Origin: Haliotis rubra
Taxonomy: Eukaryota
NCBI RefSeq assembly: GCF_003918875.1
Contig: NW_025766968.1
Span: 7,626,001-7,690,000 of the forward strand
Direction of reading: 5' to 3'
DNA: 64,000 bases
Shown here: piece by piece, positions 34,901-45,410 of the stretch
How positions within the stretch are numbered: position 1 is the first letter of the stretch
How the letters are laid out: each line of letters starts with the position of its first letter
Program-made: the position numbers and the translations under genes
Notes under the pieces: generated by a model
Seen by the model: only the letters and a program-made list of their open reading frames with translations
Database searches by the model: none
Told to the model about the DNA's origin: nothing

Positions 34901-37900
34901 TAGAATAGAATTAATATTATTGGTCATAACGGTAGTTATTTAAATAGCAAACAACGCTTTGCATGATCCCAGCTAGTGATTATTATGTTTTCGTTCCCCT
35001 AAAGTTGTTCTTTAGATCGTTTAGTACGCAAATGTACTCAACAAAAAGTTAGGAATCATGAATATTTTTATGAAAACGTATGTTCAGTTTTAACAAAACA
35101 TACTAAAAAAATTATGTACTATGCTTTCTGTTTTCTGTATTACATATACAGTTAATTTGATCCCGTTCGTTAGAAATCTCTTTATTAGGACGATATAGTT
35201 TTTATGAACATAATTTCATTATTACAAACACGATTACAAGAAAATATCATATCACGTAATTTAGCCTGTTTTGATTACATTCAGCTAAAGTATAGCGTTA
35301 TTAGAATTGACAACACTGTCTGCCACTGAATTTTTATGGTGCATATCTGTTTCAGTAAACCGTCCGTATTAGGACTGAAGGTTTTGTTGTACTTGTTCAG
35401 GAGGGGCGGTGGGGTAGCCTAGTGGTTAAAGCGTTGGGTCGTCACGCCATAGACCCGGGTTCGAATCCCTTCATGGGTACAATGTGTGAAGCCCATTTCT
35501 GGTGTCCCCCGCCGTGATGTTGCTGGAATATTGCTAAAAGCGGCGTAAAACCAAACTCAGTCAGTCAGTCTTGTTCAGGACCAGGTATTATTTCATAGAG
35601 ATGTGACGACAGGCAGGAATCCATGAAACAAATAAACGATATTTCTTAATAACGGTAACCATTGTACGTTGTTCCGTCAGGGTGAGGTGAGGACGACCGC
35701 TCCCGTCCTGAAAGCCGCAGCTGTGGACGCAGCAAGAGGCCCAACAACTGCCGCTTGGTCCAACAAAGACGTGCACAACTGGCTAGTGAAGTCCGGCCTC
35801 AACAGGTACATCGACTGTCATGTCTACATTAGGGCTTAATGCGATTGGTTACACAAACCTATGCTTGTGTTTTCGAATTTAGCTTTACTCTTATTATATT
35901 TCTATGTTTGCCAACATCATTCCGTTTGCTCGTTGGTTCACTAAACTGGTAAACTTCTAAGGCCCTTTCCACTTCCTCATTGAGCTAATAGGGTTGGTGG
36001 GGTAAATTAGTGGTGAAAGTGTATGCTCGTCACGCTGAAGACCCGGGTTCGATTCCCCAGATAGGTACAATGAGTGAAGCCCGTGATATTGCTGGAATAT
36101 TGATAAAAGCGGCGTAAAACCATAATCTCTCATTGAACTGGCATGCTGTGACCTGACTGAAATACTCTCCTAAGTGTATGTCCAAATATATTCAAATGGC
36201 ATTAAAATATCTCCGTTAGTTTTGTTGTTTGTATTCATAAACGGTTCAATAACGCGGGGAACTGTCTCACATGGCAAACATTATTCCACTCCCTATTCTG
36301 GAGTTGTCGACCAGAGTAGACAATTGACGAGTCACCCGTCTCTGCGTTCTACTGGGTCAACAGGTTTATATATGTATACAGTTTGTACCGAGTAATGGTT
36401 CTGGAGTAGTTTGCCCGAAGTGTTGTGTTGTGTTGTGTTGTGTTGTGTTGTGAATAGACTTTGTTGGGCGGATTCTTGTTGGCGTATGGTTTCATCTGTG
36501 GACCTTAACTCATTAAGCCCGAGAGACGCTTCACTACTCAACACCTGGAACCCTTCGCTAATTGCCCTGCTCGCTGTTGCGAGGCTAATTAGTGCTATTC
36601 ACACCTGATTTCCCTGGTAGGTTTCGGGGATGACAGGAAACTGTCTAGTCGTACAATCAAGCTCTGATTGTTTAATTGTGTCGTAAACATGTAAGTTAAA
36701 AGAAAGCATGGAAAGAAAGCTTGGATAGAGATTGATTATTGGCTATATCGTTGACCAGTCGATATGCTGGGTTTCGGCGTTATCAACTCAAGCTATTATG
36801 TAACAGTTTGTGTATTATAAACATACATACTCGTAACGATCCATGAAATATACACATAAGACAAATAGGAGTAGATAGATCTCAGAGATCGAAAACACAT
36901 TTGAGTGTTTTTCGATAAGTAAAACAAAGAGATTGAAATCCAACCATTGAGTAGAGATAGTATTTATTTTCATATACATTTTACGCACACAACTAGTACA
37001 TAAACATAATGGTTTGCTGTACATGTAAACATAATCTTCACCATGAAACGAATGAATATCCAAATTAAAGTACACGTATTATAGAATTCAAAAAGTGACA
37101 CGATACTGAATAATTATAATGCATAAACTTGCAGTTTAATCCCCCAAATATTTATGAAGATGGGCGTGCCTATATTCATACTGAATGTAAACGAGGTTCA
37201 TAAGAATACAGATGTGCATTTATGCATAAACATTACAAAGAGGGGCGTAAAGCAGGTTGTCCAATGACATAACATCGCATCTGTTTATTTTACACTTATC
37301 ACGGGACAAACCTTTCAACAAGGGCGTAACTACATATGCATTCTACCGGAGGCTGTTATTTCAAGGTCGAAAGAGATGTTCAGTTATCTCATTACTGTAA
37401 TCTGATTGAATGATTATACGCATGTGTATCGATACTGTAACTGATATACTATCCTGCTTTTACTGACGATGGATCAATAGAGACTGAGTTCATTGATACA
37501 CGTGATAATTACACCGGATCAGATAATTACAGAGATCAAATACAAAAGTTTTTACACAATGCTCATGTAAATTGCATAGAAAACTGACAATTCAAATCAA
37601 CATGAAATTTTCAACAGCTTGAACAAAAATGCTTGAAATACCTTTGTACGGTTTACATGTCATAACTTATGATATTATTTCTGTCTATGAGTAAGAATCT
37701 TTTGAATTACCAACTTACTGTTTTTTGTTGTATTTGTTTCATTGTTGTATTAACACTGACATGTATATATATTCGATGCGAGTTATCACTTTATATTCGA
37801 TTAGGTAACATTATCAACTTTAGATTATGAAAAATAAATAGTTACAATTCAGTAAGCTTTAAATTAGTAACTTATGTCTAATCTATTCGAGCTTGGATAT

Positions 37901-40348
37901 ATAATTATTTGTGTATACGATTCATTATATGAAACATGACAACGTAAAAATACCTAGAAAGTAAATTCAAACTATTCTATTGTGTTTGAATTCTTTGTAT
38001 GTCCTTGAAATTTCGTATATTGTTTCCTATTTATTAGGTAGTTGAAGAAAATATAATCTTCAGTAACCTCTAAACCATTACATCAAATTCAATCAATGTG
38101 CATAAGAAGCATTTTAGTATCCACTCCCAATGAAGAGTACCAGACACTTTCCTCTGTAAAAACATCATAATCCCCTTTCTCGCCGACATGTGTGTATTTG
38201 CCAAACGCTGTATAAGCCTATGATAATGAATAGCGGTCTACTCCCATTTGTGAGAACTCCCAGTTGTGAGACTCCAAGTTGTGAGACAGTGGAGTAGGTA
38301 CTTAGCAAAGAAAACACACCTTACTCCCCTATCTGATAGAATGGATTAACCCCAGCTAATTATGGATTAGCTATTTAAATGAATCTTGTGGAGGTAACTT
38401 AATGAAACTCTAAAAGATAAAGTAATTAACCTACTCAGATAAATGGCTTTAAAAAATAAACACTTTGTGTAGGTAACTTCGTGATCATTTGAAAGAGAAA
38501 TAGCAATTGCTATCAAAACACTTTAAATACTTCTTCTGATTAACACTAAAGGTAGCAACTCTCGTACGAAAAGCTAATCTTTGCTCAGTACAACTATATT
38601 GGTTGAAATAATAGGTACAGTGCAATTTTTAAAAGTACGACACACATGTGCGTCTCTCGCTGAATAAGAAGTGCTTTTCTGATGTCGCCCATGTGCGGCT
38701 CTCGCTGAATAAAAGGTGTTTTCTGTTGTTGCACATGTGCGGCTCTCTCTGTGAGAAGCTAATTAATTTGTCGCACATATGCGTCTCTCGGCCTTAAATG
38801 TAAACACACTTGACTCGTCAACAATGGATATAGTGGTTGATCAGTTGATCGAATACTATCAGGGTTGATGGGACCCAGAAACATGAATTCAACCACTATA
38901 AATATATTTACTGATGATCAACTACCAATATTATTGCCGATCGCTAACAATCATTATCATTAAATAAAATCAATAGAACGTGTGATCGGCAACAATAAAT
39001 GTTATTTATGGTCGCCAACAATCAGTAGTTAGTGTCCGTCTAACAACAGAACATTATCATGTCTAATCACACACAATAAATATTTCAGACCTGATCGGCA
39101 GAGAACAGTATCGTGTCTGATAATCAGCCATTACTATTTCATATCCGTCCATCAGCAACCAACATCACGCCAACAGGAGGGCATCAAAACTAAATTGCAC
39201 AAACAAAAATCGTTCAGTGATTATCTGCTTTCTCTATTAAAGGCACTCCTCGCTGAAAGGTCTCTGCGGTGAAGATTTGGTATTCCTTAAGAAGCTTTCC
39301 TACAAGGTATAACTCACAATTCGTATACATATCCCTTTGTGAAATGTCTATTACGATATAGTAGTAAATCCACACTAGAGTCCATTTGTCTACAAATGAA
39401 AACAATGAAATATCTTAAATAACTCCTACCGTTGTGCCCTCTCCGTTGAAGATGTCAACTTGTACAAATAACGACATAGTAGTTTCTTTACAACTTTGTC
39501 CAGTGATGGGTATAACAATAACTAACATCCATGTTATTGGGCACAGGATATTCTTTGCTTAGTACCGATTTGACAATTAATAACATATTCCCGATTTTAT
39601 ATTTTGCTATTCATCATGGTTCCAATTTGGAACGGACTACAAAACGATTCATTCCCAACTGGTCAAAGGGACAAACATTATCAATATTTTGATTGATGTT
39701 CCTGGTTGAATATATGGTTTACTATGCAGCTAAGTGACATGAAACTGAAGATGCCATGTGCCAGAATAAATTAAAGCGAAAGTTTGAACACATAATACGC
39801 TTATTTATTCAATGTACCTGAACGCTTGATATGGATATCAGAACTAGTTGTGTAGAGTAACTTAACTAACATGATCCAGGAGTCGTGATTATGTGAAACA
39901 TTTAGTGATTTCCAAAAACTTAAAAAATGTTGCTTGACAGTCTATACGTTTTCGCAATGAAACAGTAGCGTCAGGTTTACTCGCCAGTGCTCGCCATTAA
40001 TTTGCTGCCCCAGATAATAACAATAGCGTGATGTCATGATAATGGTTTGAGATTCATTGTTATTCCCTTGTACCCAAGGTGGTTGGTGTCACCCTTTGTC
40101 CACATTCTGGGCTTGTTTATGCTTCGCGAGCAGACATAGTTGTCAACCTGAGTATGTACAGTTATCTGATAGCATACCGTCACCCATGCAGAATGGAACT
40201 CATTATATGATGTATAAATGTTAAATAATGTATTCATTATTGTCTTCAGGCGCCGGAGTTCTTCTACACGTATGTCAAGGACGATCTCCAGCTGAACGAC
40301 CTGAGAGACATAAGGAGGTTCAGCGAAGCAGTGGAACGTCTTAACTGA
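25958..40348 (+). CDS. Paralog B: ARM-repeat / TIR / SAM-like protein, 655 aa, 10 coding exons
   Basis: Exons 25958-26590, 27214-27346, 27718-28061, 28605-28716, 30795-30886 (GC donor), 31915-32074, 34545-34750, 35681-35805, 39243-39306, 40250-40348 (TGA); 1968 nt open, same intron phases as A. Starts MGSSSS. TIR GHVMISYNW..IWMDVD..SQNCRSEAEYA. SAM-like WSNKDVHNWL. Confidence 0.92.
26817..26943. other. Assembly gap (127 N) in intron 1 of gene B
   Basis: Run of N. Confidence 1.
26944..27072. mobile_element. MITE-like element, same family as 11362-11580
   Basis: Shared body; terminal GCCATAAACCATGAACGGTCCCTAA is the reverse complement of the TIR-like end seen in gene A. Confidence 0.6.
29180..29905 (+). 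mobile_element. Decayed 3' fragment of a CR1/L2-type LINE ORF2
   Basis: Frameshifted peptides KHLGLTFS, GAFQKLKFLLNR, MWNNIPLAIRN, YYSYGIRRLNVLHTRLRY..LNYDLF, HYFLECPLY (C-terminal Cys/His motif). Confidence 0.75.
30949..31125. mobile_element. MITE with (CAGG)GGCGGATCCA-type TIRs
   Basis: AGGCGGATCCA ... TGTATCCGCCCCTG with G- and C-rich subterminal tracts. Confidence 0.65.
31137..31330. mobile_element. Tc1/pogo-type MITE
   Basis: TA-CCGTATTTC ... GAAATAGGG-TA ends; internal repeated GCGCTTATT. Confidence 0.55.
32286..32651 (-). mobile_element. tRNA-derived SINE with V-domain-like core (family 3)
   Basis: Minus strand TGGTGTAGTGG (A box), GGTTCGATCCC (B box), GTCATACCAAAAGACGTTAAAATATGGTAC core, (TCACC)n tail; 10-bp TSD TGGATTGCTG at 32276 and 32652. 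Confidence 0.85.
32691..32998. mobile_element. hAT-like MITE
   Basis: Perfect 15-bp TIR CAGTGTGCGAAATAG / CTATTTCGCACACTG; repeated subterminal (G/A)CTAG motifs. Confidence 0.85.
33541..33691. repeat. ~150-bp imperfect palindrome (foldback MITE)
   Basis: AATAAAGGAT.ACAGG.AAATT..TTTTCCAGTTTTCATCACCA / TGGTGATGAAAACTGGAAAA..AATTTTCCTGT.ATCCTTTATT. Confidence 0.85.
34246..34407 (+). mobile_element. Family-1 tRNA-SINE (a 3' fragment follows at ~34424-34507)
   Basis: B box GGTTCGATTCC; (ACTC)n tail. Confidence 0.88.
35403..35569 (+). mobile_element. Family-1 tRNA-SINE
   Basis: Perfect A and B boxes; TSD CTTGTTCAGGA at 35392-35402 and 35570-35580. Confidence 0.92.
35990..36128 (+). mobile_element. 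Family-1 SINE, internally deleted
   Basis: B box and tail present. Confidence 0.8.
38642..38790. repeat. ~45-bp degenerate tandem repeat, 4 copies
   Basis: CACATGTGCG(T/G)CTCTC recurs. Confidence 0.7.
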
Positions 40349-40549
40349 CTACACCACCTGTGGCGTACAGGACTTGTTAGCGACGTGGTGCACGCCTAGC
40401 GTATGACTCGAACAGGTGTCATAGGAAATATACACCTGGAAAACACTGCAGTTCTGTTGTTATGTCTACATATGACAACGGCCTCGCTTTAGAGCCGTTG
40501 TGCCAGCACTGACTGGATTCTTGCGCTATAGAAATTCTTAGTTGATGAG

Positions 40550-40712
40550 GAGTGAGTGAGTATGGTTTTACGCCGCTTTTAGCAATATTCCAGCAACATC
40601 ACGGCGGGGGACACCAGAAATAGGCTTCACACATTGTACCCATGTGGGGAATCGAACCCGGGCCTTAGCGTGACGAACGAACGCTTTAACCACTAGGCTA
40701 CCCAACCGCCCC
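40550..40712 (-). mobile_element. Family-1 tRNA-SINE in the presumed 3' UTR of gene B
   Basis: Full length; 12-bp direct repeat GACAACGGCCTC at 40474 and 40713. Confidence 0.9.
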
Positions 40713-41463
40713 GACAACGGCCTCAGAATGTCAAAGTTCCCTAATATATCGGAAGTTTGTATAAAATCTGTGAATGTTCCTCCAAGTCATCGCGATAGAT
40801 AATACGATAGGCGTAGTTAGTGCGTGTCATCCGGATTCGAACCTAAAAGCATACGTTTCTGGTGTACCCAAGGGGAGCAACTCTATTTTCAGCACCTTAA
40901 ACGTCATGGCTACCCTTTTTAAACAAAAATTATTTTATTCATTTCAGCCATTATACAAATATTGCACATTTTCACAATGTTTCATGACAGTAGGGGTAGG
41001 TTCATTTTCACAATAAACATGGCAATTTAAACATGGTAGTTCTTTAGGCCATTTACTTTTATTTTTTTTGGATACTGTTGGTGCATGGCTACCCTTACTA
41101 TTAATGAGAGAGTAGATCATGTCTTAAGCAAATACCAGCTCTATCACGCAGGAGATACCAGCATTGGCTTCACATATTGTACCCATGGAAATACAACACG
41201 GGCCTTTGGTGCGATAACCACGGAGCTACCCTACCGACCCTTGAGAGGATATTTATTGATTTCCTTGGAATAGTTAAACATAATAACACACACTCTGCTC
41301 TCTGTATTTCAGTATGTGTATTCATCTTGACAAACAAAAACATATACATTCCGTCAGAATATACAAACAGGGCACGAGTTACGAACATACTATTTCGTTC
41401 TGTGTAGGTATCGGTGCTTGATATATTTCCACCTGTATATTGAGCTGCGTGCTCTTGTAACCA

Positions 41464-41600
41464 GGGGCGGTGGGGTAGCCAAGTGGTTAAAGCGTTCTCC
41501 CACATGGTTACAATGTGTGAAGCCCATTTCTGGTGTCCCCTGTCCGTGATATTGCTGGAATATTGCTAAAAGCGGCGTAAAACTAAACTCAGTCACTCAC
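41464..41600 (+). mobile_element. Family-1 SINE, B box deleted
   Basis: Head and tail match the family. Confidence 0.82.
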
Positions 41601-42789
41601 GCACGCACTACTGTATAAACCAGCTCATGTTCATTGTGAAGTGAGCGGGCTCTTAACGCCACTTTGAAAATTCAGCTAATAAGAACGACCGAAATGGTCA
41701 TATTTATAATACATACGTGTGATATAGTTGATCATCACTGCCATGTAATTAGGCTATTAAGGTAAAGCTAGGTTGCCTTGGTTACACACAGATCCCTGGT
41801 TTACCTGAACTCATCGCTTCTTGTTTTATATGGAGCGAGCTATTACAGTATTTATGCCCAACCTATTGGCATATATAATGACAGTCATATTAATTCAGTT
41901 ATTCAGCATTATTTAACTGTGTTGACGATTACCATAATGTAGACATGCTTGCCATAACATGCCAAGAATGTTCAAGCATACTCATTATTAACACATGACC
42001 AAGATTATTAACATTTCACCATAATTTAGGACGCATATGTATTAACATCTGACTTATGTTTATGCATAATGTTTATTAGCATATTTTATAGGGCATTGAC
42101 TCAGCAACTTGTACATTATTCAAATGTGTTGATGTGATATTCAGCTCGATAATAAGAACCAGTAGTTGTGGCACCTCAAAATACTCCGCAATTTGTTGTG
42201 AATGTTCAATCGCAGTACTTGTTTGCGTTGGCACTGTATTTGATAAATTATGGACTTCATCCGGTTCATCTGATAGTCCGATATCGATCATTTTCAAAGT
42301 ACATACTTCCCGGCCCATTAAACCGAATGAAACACATTCAGGTACAGGTGGATTTAACACCAACGTGTAATTTAAGCACAATATATCAACACAAGTAGCC
42401 TTGGGTATTTGGTAACAGACCATTAATCAATAAGCGTATAGCTTTTGCACCCACATTGTAAAGTTAGCTATGGTAAATTCAAAATGGTTTCATGCCTAGG
42501 GATTATCACTGAGCAGTACCAGATACTCGTGCTGACGTCACAATTGACTGTGCTGTTCACTGCAACACATTCAACATGGGGTGGATGAGTATAACAATCC
42601 CCTTGACTGAACTGAAATGTAATCACTTTCCCGATTAATGATCAACACATCCAATGCACATACTAGGTCAAGGTGACCTGAATATGGACAGTTATTTAAT
42701 TAATGTTATCTAAAAGGCAAACAGTATCACGTCTCAGTTGATTGTATCAGCAGTCTGACTTTTAAATGAACATATCTCTTCTCTTAATA

Positions 42790-42917
42790 GGGGCGGTGGG
42801 GTAGCCTAGTGGTTCAAGCGTTGGCTCGTCACGCCGAAGACCCGGGTTCTATTCCCCGCCGTGGTATTGCTGGAATATTGCTAAAAGCGGCGTAAAACTA
42901 AACTCAGTCAGTCAGCC
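42790..42917 (+). mobile_element. Family-1 SINE, internally deleted
   Basis: TSD TTCTCTTAATA at 42779 and 42918. Confidence 0.88.
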
Positions 42918-44136
42918 TTCTCTTAATAAACTGTACTACCGCTTTGTCAGAACTTAAAGAATTTTTTGTTCAAAATACAATTTGATTTTAAAGTTATAAC
43001 GAAAGTTAAAAACGAAACTTCGCATCAGATATGAAAAATGATGGATATCTTTGAAACTACATCATATCAAACATATGACCACGTGGCTGCATATTCATTT
43101 CTTACGCCAACATTCATGGAAGCAGTTTTTTTCACCAGCGGAAGATTACTTTCTTAAGCTGTTGTCGATGTTAGTGATTGTTATGAGGTCATAATCAAGT
43201 TAAACAACAGTTCTTTATATTTTTCCATTACATGAAAGACAGAATGTCTTTCTCTAGAATCCGTTCGACCCCGTGTTTTCCAAATAATTGGCGTATATTC
43301 TTGTTGACTAGCGATCTGGGTAATCAAAGTTTCAACGAAGGGTGAATACATTTCTTGAATACATGTAAGACACTGTTACAGATCCACCACAATGGTTGCT
43401 GAACATCGACGTTATAGTACGATGAAATCTTAATGCAGTATCCTCACACCATTTAACCAGGTGAACTTCAGCTCTTAGGCACATCGGCCATCTGAACGGC
43501 AAACGTAGTGATATTACATACGAAACTGTTTTAAAACACCTGATTACTAGCAGGAAGACGTGGGGGCTTATATCAGTACAGGGGCATACCAGGTGTATGT
43601 CAGGAAACTAATAAAACATGATACAATGAAACACTGTGTAAAGTTATTCTATTCTTCTTATTATTATTAGGATATTTAAAGGATATATATACAGCGCACA
43701 TATCCACGCAACAAGTACATGCTCAAGGCGCTGGAGTGTTTCCTTGATCAACGGATGTCTTTTTCTGGCATTCTTTTAACCAACTCAACTTCCACAGGAA
43801 CAATATTCCAGCAATACCACGGCGGGGGACACAAGAAATGGGGCTTCACACATAGTTCCCATGCAGAGAATCGAACCCCGGTCTACGATGTCACGAGTGA
43901 ACACTTTAACCACCAGGTTACCCGACAGCGCGTTTAGGGTGAGAATTCATATTGTCAGCACATTAATTAATATCGTCCCTAAGTTCCCCAAATCTGTTGG
44001 ACGATAAATACACTCTTCTGGTAAGACATATTAACAAAACATTAAACAGCTGGTGGTAAGAACCTTAACACTTAATAAGATAAGCAAAACGGCGCGCATG
44101 CAATACCAGCCGTAGAACTCATAGCGAGCATATTGA

Positions 44137-44300
44137 GCGAGTGAGTTTATTTTTACGCCGCTTTTAGCAATATTCCAGCAATATCACGACAGGGGACACC
44201 AGAAATGGGCTTCACACATTGTACCCATGTGGGGAATCGAACCCAGATCTTCAGCGTGACGAGCGAACGCTTGAACCACTTGGCTACCCCACCTCCCCGA
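44137..44300 (-). mobile_element. Family-1 tRNA-SINE
   Basis: TSD GAGCATATTGA at 44126 and 44301. Further decayed copies at ~41130, ~43800 and ~46218. Confidence 0.9.
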
Positions 44301-45410
44301 GAGCATATTGAATACTCATTGAAGTACAAAAATGTCAGTCAGATTTAACACAAATAAACACACACATTCACATATACAAACACTATGAATAGCTTAAGTC
44401 TGATCTTTACTCGAGTTCGTGTGCTCTCACCCCTGACGGTTCTCTGTCAGAGCTTTGTGTACTCGTTGCCATGGTGAGAATGACTAATAACAACACTTAT
44501 TTCGGATCTTGATACCGGTGTGTTGGCGGGAAAATGTCGGCCATGTTTGACCTGCATACTCTCTCATACCACATGGAATATGTAAGCGAGGACCCATAAA
44601 CTATTAGGTCAGTAGAGAGAGAACCCGTTACCGTTTTGTAGCTGTGATTTGGTGTATAAATGTCGAGATGACATGCTGAGATATTGTGATGCAATGTTTA
44701 TAGCAGCGGGTGGTAAACAATTTTCGTTTGAGAAATGTCATTTGATCGATTGTGGCATATTGAATAACACAACTATGGTAGTTATCCGCAGTTTAACACA
44801 CATCTTGAATAACGGCAAATCAAGAAGAAATGTTCCAATGTAGAAATCGATGTGTATTGAATATTGATTAGGTGCATGCATTGCATGCGTTCTTGTGTCA
44901 TTATCCAGAACTGAAATGTGTGGACATTAATGCAGTTATGCAAGTCTCCGGTTTTATCTGAGGATTATGAAACCGATATTACCGAGAGGTATTTAACGAT
45001 CAGTGAAACAAATCTAGCATATTACATGAGAGACATTGATTGAAGCGCTCGTATAATATTCTCGATACGTGATAGGCGTCCCTGTGGTCGACATCCCATT
45101 CAACAAATCAATAATGCTCACTTTGCTTTGAACAATGTTCCATCGATACTAAGTGTTCTTATCCTCAAATGAGGCATCGAACTCGTGCCTACAGTGCAAA
45201 GGTGGTCATGACCTGGCTACCACCGCCCAGTATTACCGAATAAGGGAGGGATGGGGCCTTTGGCTACGTTGCGAATAGCGAACGCTGTAACGCTGTAGTT
45301 AAAACCACTCGTTACTAGTATACTATAGTTACTAGGAACTAGTTACTAGTATAACCAAAATCAGGACGTTCAATTCGCCCTACAGATTCCTTATTGTTTC
45401 AGATAATCAG

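Noticed and set aside
35403-35475. tRNA-Asp gene
   Set aside because: The A and B boxes belong to a multi-copy SINE with body, tail and TSDs; no intact acceptor stem.
35806-39242. Hidden gene in the 3.4-kb intron 8 of B
   Set aside because: AT-rich, with only short ORFs, a SINE and simple repeats; no coherent exon chain found.
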